From an uncultured bacterium (lineage in GTDB: Bacteria; Fidelibacterota; Marinisomatia; Marinisomatales; UBA1611), in the NCBI GenBank assembly GCA_943788175.1, contig CALSPG010000005.1, positions 448,001 through 512,000 of the forward strand: a stretch of 64,000 nucleotides of DNA, given 5' to 3'. The notes below the pieces were generated by a model. The model was not told the DNA's origin and made no database searches. It saw only the letters and a list, made by a program, of their open reading frames with translations. This document shows, one piece after another, positions 30,792 through 39,516 of this stretch; position 1 is the first letter of the stretch; every line of letters begins with the position of its first letter. Made by a program: the position numbers and the translations under genes.

Positions 30792-32201
30792 TTGAAATAT
30801 ATGATAACCCAGCTTCTAACTATTTTATTTTTAGTTTTAATCTCCGCCTGTTCAGGCTTAAAAGATTCGCATATTATTTTTTCTGGGAAAATAAAAAACT
30901 CCGTTGATGAAGTTATTACTGTCTCAAATTATAATAGCACAATGAGGGAAGATTTTCCGATTGATTCAGCAGGGAATTTTAAAGCGAATGTCAAAGTTAA
31001 TAAAGGTGGTTACTATTTTTTTAAAATAGGAAGGCCGTATTCGACTGTTAGGTTTAAAAAAGGCAAAAATGTCCATATTGATATAGATGCAGATAATTTT
31101 TTTAAAAGTCGTCGTTATTCTGGTGAATTAAGTTCTGAAAATAATTTTAATGTTGAAAAATCTGCACTTAGATCTGAATTCGTTGGTGATCCAAAAGATT
31201 ATTTTGTCGTTCCATTGCCAGAGTTCTTATCAAAAATAAAAGTTACAAGGGATGCTGTCTTTGAACTAATTGATAAGTCGTCTTTGAGTCAGGAGGATAA
31301 GTTGTTAGAGAAAAGAATTGCTGAATACGATTATTTACAAACCTACAACAATTATCAAAAGTTTTACAGTTATCATAAAAAAACAAACGCTGAGCTGCCT
31401 GATGACTATTACCAGCCAATCATTGATATTAATATTGATGATGATGAGATGTTTAGGCATAGTGGAGCTTATCGAAATTTGATTGTTGCAAATTATAGAC
31501 ATGCCTCTAAAAAAGCTATATCTGAAGACTCTTCATTAACCATCATTGAATTTGTAAGAAATAGGATTTCTAATGTAGAAAGTATAGATACTAGAGATCA
31601 ATTTGCTAGTATGTTAATGCGAAAAATGAAGCAAGGGAATGACAATATTGATGATGATTATCGTCAAATAATGCCACTATTTACTTCTGATAGGATGAAA
31701 CGTAAACTAGAGGCAAAATACAAATCAGCTCTTGAAACTGTCTCTGGAAAAGAGTCTGTAGATTTTAATTATGAAAACTTTTCAGGTGGTGAAACATCTT
31801 TACAAGATTTGTCGGGGAAATTAATCTATATTGACGTTTGGGCTACATGGTGTGGGCCTTGTCTAAAAGAAATGCCTTCTTTGAAAAAACTAGTTAATGA
31901 GTATAAAGGTAAAAATATTGAATTTGTGAGCATATCAATTGATCATAAAAAGGATTATGAAAAGTGGAGAAAAATGGTGCCTGAAAAAAATGTTGGAGGA
32001 ATTCAGCTTTATGACGCTGAGGGATTGTCTTCCGCTTTTATGAAAGCATTTAACGTCGGACTTATTCCACGCTTTATGATGCTTGATTATGATGGTAAAA
32101 TTATCACGGCGCATGCTCCTAGGCCATCTTCAGATGAAGTTAGAGGGTTTATTGATAAACATTTAAATAGTCCGAGAGTAATGAAATTTTCAGCAAAATA
32201 A
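30792..32201 (+). CDS. TlpA-family thiol-disulfide reductase lipoprotein
   Basis: ISAC lipobox; C-terminal IDVWATWCGPC...IPRFM. Confidence 0.88.
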   Translation: MKYMITQLLTILFLVLISACSGLKDSHIIFSGKIKNSVDEVITVSNYNSTMREDFPIDSAGNFKANVKVNKGGYYFFKIGRPYSTVRFKKGKNVHIDIDADNFFKSRRYSGELSSENNFNVEKSALRSEFVGDPKDYFVVPLPEFLSKIKVTRDAVFELIDKSSLSQEDKLLEKRIAEYDYLQTYNNYQKFYSYHKKTNAELPDDYYQPIIDINIDDDEMFRHSGAYRNLIVANYRHASKKAISEDSSLTIIEFVRNRISNVESIDTRDQFASMLMRKMKQGNDNIDDDYRQIMPLFTSDRMKRKLEAKYKSALETVSGKESVDFNYENFSGGETSLQDLSGKLIYIDVWATWCGPCLKEMPSLKKLVNEYKGKNIEFVSISIDHKKDYEKWRKMVPEKNVGGIQLYDAEGLSSAFMKAFNVGLIPRFMMLDYDGKIITAHAPRPSSDEVRGFIDKHLNSPRVMKFSAK

Positions 32202-32215
32202 AAAAGGAGCTAAAA

Positions 32216-32953
32216 ATGATTAAACAGACCAGTATTATTTCAATATTTTTTATTTTATCAATTGTTTTTGCAAAGGATGCTTCAGCATTAACAGCTCCAG
32301 TAATTGAGGTGACCTGGGTTGGGACCTCAACATTAGATACCTTAACTGAGGATGTCCCCTCCTGGTCTGAGGTATTAGTTGCTGTTAGAGTTAATGGAGG
32401 TGTCGATAATGGTGAAGGCACAATCGAACCTGGAGGTGTCATACTTAATTGGCAAGTAAATAGCCAGACTGCAAATGTTTTTAGCAGGGCAATGCCAGTT
32501 CTTTACAACTTACTCTATCAAGATTATCGTTATATGAAAAGAATGGACCCATATGGAAGCGGTACAAAAATGTATTGGTGGGTTACTGCGCAAAATGTTG
32601 ATGGAGAAATTGCATCTACGGAAGTCGATTCATTTTTATTAGGCACACTCGCTTTAGACCATGAACCATTACCATCGGTTTTTAAAATTTTAGATAATTA
32701 TCCAAACCCGTTTAATCCAAAAACAAATATTAATTTTTCAGTTAAATACGCTGCTGAGGTTGATTTGTCTGTATACACATTAGGCGGGAAGCTAGTTCGC
32801 CAGTTTTATCTAGGGCCGTTATCACCGGGTATTCAAAGTATAGTCTGGGAGGGAAAAGATAATTTTGGTAATGATGTTCCTTCTGGCGTTTATATATATC
32901 GTCTTAAATCAGAGTCTCATTCTGAAGCTAGAAAAATGACTCTCCTAAAATAA
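32216..32953 (+). CDS. Small secreted protein with T9SS type-A-like C-terminal domain
   Basis: Signal peptide; NYPNPFNP...VPSGVYIY...KMTLLK. Confidence 0.75.
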   Translation: MIKQTSIISIFFILSIVFAKDASALTAPVIEVTWVGTSTLDTLTEDVPSWSEVLVAVRVNGGVDNGEGTIEPGGVILNWQVNSQTANVFSRAMPVLYNLLYQDYRYMKRMDPYGSGTKMYWWVTAQNVDGEIASTEVDSFLLGTLALDHEPLPSVFKILDNYPNPFNPKTNINFSVKYAAEVDLSVYTLGGKLVRQFYLGPLSPGIQSIVWEGKDNFGNDVPSGVYIYRLKSESHSEARKMTLLK

Positions 32954-32966
32954 GATACTTTATTTT

Positions 32967-35411
32967 ATGGAGATTAGAAAAATTGCACTTTTTGCTATTA
33001 TCATTTCAAAGATGATTGCTGAGCCGATTTCAGTATCGGGCACTGTATATAATGACAATGGTGAACCCTTAGTTGGTGCGAATGTTTTCATTGAGGGCAC
33101 CACGCTTGGAGTCGCGACAGATGCTTCGGGCAAGTACCGAATTCAAAAAGTGCCTAAAGATCGAGAGTATAAACTCTCAGCGATGTATATAGGGCATAGA
33201 AAAAAAACGAAGCCCTTCACTACTAGTCAAGGCATAAATGTTATTGTTGATTTTCAACTTGTTTTATCACTGGTTGATCTAGATGAAGTTGTTGTTGCGG
33301 CTAGTTTCAGCAAGCGAAAGAAGAAAGCCCAGTCTTCACCAATTACAATTATTTCTCAAGATGACCTTAGGAGGCTTCCCGTTCGAAGCATTGATGAAGT
33401 GTTGTCTGGTAAAGTCCCTGGCGGTTATGCAAATCTTCCATCTCGTCCAGGTCAAAATAATTCTGCATTTACAATTAGAGGTGGGACGAGTGGTTCGGGA
33501 AGGCCCTTGGGTGATGTGAAGATATACATAGATGGGATTGAGTTATTAGGCTTTGATATGCAGTCTTCTCCTGGAATATCAGATTTTATTGACCCAAATG
33601 ATATTGAGAAAATAGAAGTCGTTAGAGGGCCGATGGGCTCAACATTGCATGGGTCTAATGCTCAAAGTGGAATCATTCAGATTTTCACTAAGAAAGGGGC
33701 CGATAGAAAAAAAACAAGGGTGAAGGTAAAGTTCGCTAATAAGGCAACGGAAGCTCCAATCATCGATGAGATCTCAAGCGGTCAAGAAGCGTCTTTAAGT
33801 ATGAGTGGGGGAAGCTCTTCAAATGTCAGCTACAATATTGGTTATAATAATTCCATCGATGAAGAAGTTATGCCGGGGAATGGAAAAGATATCAAACAGA
33901 CAAAAATCCATGGCTCTATTAATGCTCGCATAGGTTCTGCAGTTATTGATGCAAAAACGTATCATAGTTGGGGAAAACAAGGTTTTATAAGCAATCTTTA
34001 TCATCTTTTAGAATATAAAGCAGATCGATCATGGGTTAACGCACCTGCTCATTGGGATGATGCATTAGGTATAGATTCTACGCTTGGAGGGACTAGTTAC
34101 TATAAGCCTGGTTTTAGTTTAAATATTACGCATAGCTTGACATCAGACTTGTATCAAAGCTTAGTTATTGGAAACGATTCAAAACGCTTTTTATACAAAA
34201 AGTCTTTTCCGAGTACAGACCTAGCTTATCTAACTCAAAATTGGAATAGGTATACATTAAATTATTTTTTGCATTTTAAAAATAATATTTCAAACGATAT
34301 AAATATTGATTTGACTGCTGGTACTCAAAGGACACTCAGTAACCACACTAGAATTTCAGGTGATTTAGAGGAGGACAAAGACCAGTATTATTATGAGGAT
34401 TTTGAAGATGTATCTTTAGTGGAGCAGAGTAATAAAAACTCAGGGTATTATACAGAGCTTGTGCTTGATTATAAGGATAAACTTTTTATTACCCTTGGCG
34501 AACGAGTGGAGCAGAATGAGTTTTTTGGTAAAGATTATGGAACGCACTACAGTCCTAGAATTGGATTTTCTTATATTTATAACATTGGTGGAGTTATCAT
34601 TAAATCCAGAGGGGCATGGGGGCTTGGTGGCATCAATCCGCCGAAAGCAATGCAGGCGCTACCTAGTGAATCAGACTATAGCATCAATTTAGGAAATCCT
34701 GACCTTAGGCCTGAAAGACAATCGGGTTATGAAATGGGTGGCGATTTATATTTCGGGGATAATGTTTTTGTTGAGGTCACCTACTTTGATCAGTTATTTC
34801 TTGATGGTGTTGCCAATGATCGAAGTATCGATGATCTTTACACCGCTAAAGAAGAATATCGTTATATAAACCTCGGGCAAATCATTAATAAAGGTTGGGA
34901 ATTTGCTGCTAAAACAAGGATTGGGCCCCTGGATATAAATGCAAACTTTTCGATCATAGACAGTCGCTGGGGAAAAGACAGTATTAGGCAAAATGATTCG
35001 CAGTACGAAGGTTACTTTGATGAAGGGGTACGTAGGAATGATGTCCCTCAATCTACAGGAAACATATCATTCGCCTATAGTATTCCTGGATACTTTGGAA
35101 AATCAAAAAAGGGCGGATCATTTGTTGTCGATGTTAATTACATAGGCAAGAAAAAAGGGCGAGATTGGTTATTGTATTACGATGGTTTTTACAATCCTGA
35201 TATACCAACAATCTCTTATTACAGCAAAGACTTAATTAAAGTGTATGATCCGTTTACATCGTTGAGACTAAGGTTAAACTATTGGCTTACAAATAAAGTG
35301 TCTACCTTTATTGATATTCGAAACCTTACAAATCATTCTGATATTTCAAGATCCATCACCGAGCCAGCCTTGGGAAGGCAAATGATTGTAGGTATTGATT
35401 TTGAGTTTTGA
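32967..35411 (+). CDS. TonB-dependent receptor
   Basis: N-terminal CarboxypepD_reg-like domain, LDEVVV, plug IEKIEVVRGP..LHGSNA..GIIQIFTK, GNPDLRPE, terminal Phe. Confidence 0.92.
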   Translation: MEIRKIALFAIIISKMIAEPISVSGTVYNDNGEPLVGANVFIEGTTLGVATDASGKYRIQKVPKDREYKLSAMYIGHRKKTKPFTTSQGINVIVDFQLVLSLVDLDEVVVAASFSKRKKKAQSSPITIISQDDLRRLPVRSIDEVLSGKVPGGYANLPSRPGQNNSAFTIRGGTSGSGRPLGDVKIYIDGIELLGFDMQSSPGISDFIDPNDIEKIEVVRGPMGSTLHGSNAQSGIIQIFTKKGADRKKTRVKVKFANKATEAPIIDEISSGQEASLSMSGGSSSNVSYNIGYNNSIDEEVMPGNGKDIKQTKIHGSINARIGSAVIDAKTYHSWGKQGFISNLYHLLEYKADRSWVNAPAHWDDALGIDSTLGGTSYYKPGFSLNITHSLTSDLYQSLVIGNDSKRFLYKKSFPSTDLAYLTQNWNRYTLNYFLHFKNNISNDINIDLTAGTQRTLSNHTRISGDLEEDKDQYYYEDFEDVSLVEQSNKNSGYYTELVLDYKDKLFITLGERVEQNEFFGKDYGTHYSPRIGFSYIYNIGGVIIKSRGAWGLGGINPPKAMQALPSESDYSINLGNPDLRPERQSGYEMGGDLYFGDNVFVEVTYFDQLFLDGVANDRSIDDLYTAKEEYRYINLGQIINKGWEFAAKTRIGPLDINANFSIIDSRWGKDSIRQNDSQYEGYFDEGVRRNDVPQSTGNISFAYSIPGYFGKSKKGGSFVVDVNYIGKKKGRDWLLYYDGFYNPDIPTISYYSKDLIKVYDPFTSLRLRLNYWLTNKVSTFIDIRNLTNHSDISRSITEPALGRQMIVGIDFEF

Positions 35412-35575
35412 TATTAAACAAAATGTCTAAATTTAAAAAAGTAAAGTAAAATGATAGTAATTTTTAATATTTTATGAAATAATGTCAAATAGTTGATTAT
35501 TTAAGTATCTTAATTATAAGAGAGTACTGATTTGAAAATTATTTTCATTTAATTTGAATTAAATCTTGGATGTAA

Positions 35576-35587
35576 TTGTACATACAA
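35576..35587. promoter_or_regulatory. GntR/HutC-type palindrome candidate
   Basis: TTGTA-CA-TACAA about 110 nt upstream of the 35697 gene. Confidence 0.4.
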
Positions 35588-35696
35588 ATTATATTATTTT
35601 GTTGAAAATTTCAGTTTAATTACAAAAGTAATATTCACGTGATTATTTTTTTGTTTTTATAATTTTCAATTTTAATACAATAAAAGGAGAACAAAT

Positions 35697-38600
35697 ATGA
35701 GAAGAATGTTAACGCTTTTTCTTTCAGTTTTTATGGTATCAGCAATGATGGCTGATGAATATGAAGCTGGAGTTGATTTTAGAATTGACAATAAGTTAAT
35801 GTTTCATGGTGATGCTAATTTTTCAGATTTTTCTGTTCTGGGTGCACAAAGTGTAATGGCTGGAATGGATTTTGATGCTGACGGCAAAGCTGAAATTCTA
35901 TTTACGATGGATGAAACACTGCCTCCAGGTGGTCCAGATCCAGGTAATGTCGGAGTCTTTTTATATGAGTCAGATGGTGCTGGTGGATATACACATGTCT
36001 GGCATTTCGTATCTCCAGATCCTGGAAATAGTTTACCCGCAATGACACATGGTGACATTGATGGAGATGGTAAACATGAGATTTATTTTGGTGTTCCCCC
36101 TGCTTCTTCAAATGATGCTACTTGGGGTACATATATTTTTGAACAAGGTGCCGATGGAACATTTCCAGCGACAGCTACGCTTCTTCATCGTTATGGATTT
36201 GAAACTGCTCAAAACTTTCGTCCAGCTGGTTATGCTTTAGGTGACATTGATGGAGATGGTAAAGTTGAGCTAGTAACAACAGACCGTGGTGAAAAGCGTA
36301 TGTCTATTGATGCCCTAACTGGTTCTGACCTTGATAACCTTGCTTCTTTAACCAATGAATATTTGGATACTGAAAATCTTTTAGGTGGTGGTGTTTATGA
36401 TGTAGACATTGCTGATACAGATAGAGATGGTAAGCATGAAGTATGGGTTAATACATGGGATAATTTTAGTATGGCTATTTTTGAAGCAACAGGTCCAAAT
36501 ACTTATGTGCTTGCTGCTGACATAAATGGCATTTTTTCTGCAGATAATGATCCAGGTTCTTTCAATCGCACCGGGTTTGCTTTTAGTGATGTTGATAATG
36601 ATAACGATCATGATGCCTGGTTTCCAATGACCAATGGTAAACTTTATTACTTCGACAATCCTTCTCTAGATAGTATTGCACCAAATGTAATTGCTAATGG
36701 AGGCGTTGATGGTGGCACTGCAGGTTGGAGTTTTTATCCTGATAATCACGGTATAACAGTTGCTACTAATGGTGATACTCTACTTTTTAGTATAGATACT
36801 ACTACTTACACAAATGTGACTGGAGGCGATTCTGTTGTTTATGATACAACGCACATCTCTTTTGCAGCCTCTGTTGGAGATTCTGCTTTAATGATTCCTC
36901 ATATTGGAGATGCTACTGAGAATAATGCGTTCTTTCTTTATACAGGAGACAATGCTTTATCTGAAGGTTTGCAGTTTTATGCATCTGCTCATGTTATAGT
37001 TGGGAGCCCAACTACTACAGCAGCATCAGGTACCGCGACACTTTTTGCGAAGTATTTTGGTCCTAATTATGCATTCATTAGCTCGGATACTAAAACACTT
37101 CCAGTGACATCAACTGCTGCTTCTCTAAATTCTTGGACACCTTTAGAGATTTTTGGTAGGGTTCCTGCTGGAGCAACGATAGTTCAGGTAGGTGTATCGT
37201 ATACTGGTGGTGCTGATGTTAGCAGTATCTTTGTAGATGAACTAAAAATGAGTCCTGTGGTTGGTAACGGTGTTGCTGATATTACAGCTGCGGACTTTAC
37301 TGAAGTTTTAGCATTCGGTGGAGCTTCAAGTAGAGGTGCTGGAATGGGTGATATAGATGGTGACAGTAAGCCAGATATCATTGTTGGAACTGGAACTGGT
37401 GAAACAGTATTATGGATAGAATACGTTGGATCTAATCCTAAGGATGCAATGTCTTACGAGACTACAACTATACTTTCAAGTAAAGGTGGTCCATTAGATA
37501 GATACTATCCTCTTTCAATTCCAAACTCTGATTTAGATGGAGATGGAAACCATGAAGTTGTTATTTCAAACCTTTATGCGACAGAAGCTTCTCAAGCACA
37601 ACTCTTAGTTGTTGAGCATGCTCCTTTTTCATGGAGTAATGATGGTGGCAATGAAACCTTAAATGCGGGAACTGGTTGGACAGTTGCCGGTTATGGAACT
37701 GCTGCTATGGGTGATTCTGCAACAGCTGCTGGTGAAGTCAGTTCGTACAATAATACAAGAGCTGTAAAAGGTGGTATGGATATGGACCAAGACGGCAAGC
37801 ATGAAGTAGTTACTACAAGTTATGCTGGAAGAGTCTCAGTTTATGAATTTGATAGTGCAAACAATGCCTTTGACGTTGTATGGCAGTCTCCGATACCAGA
37901 TTCGTTACGATACGGATTCAGTACAAGAAGTGTGAATGTTGGCGATCTTGATGGTGATGGTAAACATGAAATTGTATTTCCTGTTAGTGAAGCTGACGCT
38001 GTTGGTTTCCATATTTATGAATGGGATGGTGTAGTTGGTAGTGATAACTATGGAACAACATTTTCTTCTATAAATGGCTTGTATAACGGTACAGACGACA
38101 ACAATAAAAATCTTCGTCATGAACGATTTGAAATTGATGATATCGATGGTGATGGTCAGCAGGAATTGATTTCAGTAGTAAGAGATGGCTCTAAGGGTAT
38201 GATAGTCTCCTCTATTGCTGCAGGAGATGACATCGTTCACAATTCAGGCGGTAGCTTTGAAACATGGTCTGTTGAGTTGCATACTGATTACAATGATTTC
38301 GGTGGCGGATCTCCTTACCATGCACTTCCAGTAGATTTGAATGGTGATGGACAAAGAGAAATCTTAGGACATCAATGGAATAATTTTAATTTCCATACTA
38401 TTGCAGTAACTGGAGCTGATACTTATGATACGACATCAATGGGTAGTTTCTATCAAGCTGCTAGTAACGACCAGCACTCGTTGAATGGTGGAAGTAAAGC
38501 AGATGTTGATGGCGATGGAAATGAAGAAGCGTATTTCGCAACATATGGCGCAGGTTTTGGTTATGCAGCTAATTCAGGGGAATTATATGTTGTTGACTAT

Positions 38601-39443
38601 GATGCAACTGATGACGTAACTATGATTGGACCAGGTCAAGTCAAAAGAGTTGGCTTTGGTGGTGGTAACATAATTGGTGGTATTGGTAATGGATACGATG
38701 GTGGAGACAACCATCATATTTTTACTAGTGGTACTAGCAGTAGAAGACCGCAAGTTATTGCTCATGAGTATATTGGACCTGATCCTTCATCAGCTTCAAG
38801 TTATCTTCAAAAAGCTGTCTACTATGGTGAGCTCGATGTAGCGGAAAGAACGACTACAACAGATTCAACTGGTACAGCAGTTACTACCTACAAAAGAAAA
38901 TGGGGATTTCCTCAAAAGATCCAGACAAACTGGGGCTATGATCTTCTAGATTTTGATGGTGATGGTAAAAAAGAGATACTCATGTCTTTCCAAAGTAATC
39001 CTGATTCTTTAACACACAAAGATATTACTTGGGATGCTACTGGTGACTCAAATATCGTTGTAGAAACAAGAGTTGTTAACCCTAAAAACTGGGAGTTTGT
39101 ACTTCTAGAAAACGGTTCAGAACAGCTGGCTACAGATGATCCAATTACCTTTATTTCTCCTGAAGAATATCGTTTAGAACAGAACTATCCAAATCCGTTC
39201 AACCCTAATACGACTATTCAATACACGTTACCTATTAATCGTAAAGTATCTATTAAGATCTATAACGTTAATGGCCAGCTGGTAAATACACTGGTTAACA
39301 ACAAATTAGTTTCTGCAGGTACTCACAAGGTGATGTGGAATGGGAAAAATACAAATGGTCTTCAAGTCTCAACTGGAATGTATTTTTACAGTCTAGAGTG
39401 GGCAGGCATGAAGAAGGTCAAAAGCATGACCTTGCTTAAGTAA
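35697..39443 (+). CDS. Large secreted FG-GAP-repeat protein with T9SS type-A-like C-terminal domain
   Basis: Signal peptide, more than 12 DxDGDG-type repeats, QNYPNPFNP...KSMTLLK; SD aaggag. Confidence 0.85.
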   Translation: MRRMLTLFLSVFMVSAMMADEYEAGVDFRIDNKLMFHGDANFSDFSVLGAQSVMAGMDFDADGKAEILFTMDETLPPGGPDPGNVGVFLYESDGAGGYTHVWHFVSPDPGNSLPAMTHGDIDGDGKHEIYFGVPPASSNDATWGTYIFEQGADGTFPATATLLHRYGFETAQNFRPAGYALGDIDGDGKVELVTTDRGEKRMSIDALTGSDLDNLASLTNEYLDTENLLGGGVYDVDIADTDRDGKHEVWVNTWDNFSMAIFEATGPNTYVLAADINGIFSADNDPGSFNRTGFAFSDVDNDNDHDAWFPMTNGKLYYFDNPSLDSIAPNVIANGGVDGGTAGWSFYPDNHGITVATNGDTLLFSIDTTTYTNVTGGDSVVYDTTHISFAASVGDSALMIPHIGDATENNAFFLYTGDNALSEGLQFYASAHVIVGSPTTTAASGTATLFAKYFGPNYAFISSDTKTLPVTSTAASLNSWTPLEIFGRVPAGATIVQVGVSYTGGADVSSIFVDELKMSPVVGNGVADITAADFTEVLAFGGASSRGAGMGDIDGDSKPDIIVGTGTGETVLWIEYVGSNPKDAMSYETTTILSSKGGPLDRYYPLSIPNSDLDGDGNHEVVISNLYATEASQAQLLVVEHAPFSWSNDGGNETLNAGTGWTVAGYGTAAMGDSATAAGEVSSYNNTRAVKGGMDMDQDGKHEVVTTSYAGRVSVYEFDSANNAFDVVWQSPIPDSLRYGFSTRSVNVGDLDGDGKHEIVFPVSEADAVGFHIYEWDGVVGSDNYGTTFSSINGLYNGTDDNNKNLRHERFEIDDIDGDGQQELISVVRDGSKGMIVSSIAAGDDIVHNSGGSFETWSVELHTDYNDFGGGSPYHALPVDLNGDGQREILGHQWNNFNFHTIAVTGADTYDTTSMGSFYQAASNDQHSLNGGSKADVDGDGNEEAYFATYGAGFGYAANSGELYVVDYDATDDVTMIGPGQVKRVGFGGGNIIGGIGNGYDGGDNHHIFTSGTSSRRPQVIAHEYIGPDPSSASSYLQKAVYYGELDVAERTTTTDSTGTAVTTYKRKWGFPQKIQTNWGYDLLDFDGDGKKEILMSFQSNPDSLTHKDITWDATGDSNIVVETRVVNPKNWEFVLLENGSEQLATDDPITFISPEEYRLEQNYPNPFNPNTTIQYTLPINRKVSIKIYNVNGQLVNTLVNNKLVSAGTHKVMWNGKNTNGLQVSTGMYFYSLEWAGMKKVKSMTLLK

Positions 39444-39468
39444 TAAGCTCCGTTTAATTACTTTACTC

Positions 39469-39505
39469 AAACAAGGGAGAACTACTACGTTCTCCCTTGT
39501 TTTTT
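39469..39505 (+). terminator. Rho-independent terminator between the CTD gene and the TonB receptor gene
   Basis: 14-bp perfect stem aaacaagggagaac-tactac-gttctcccttgttt ending in a T run. Confidence 0.8.
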
Positions 39506-39516
39506 AGTTTTTAAAA

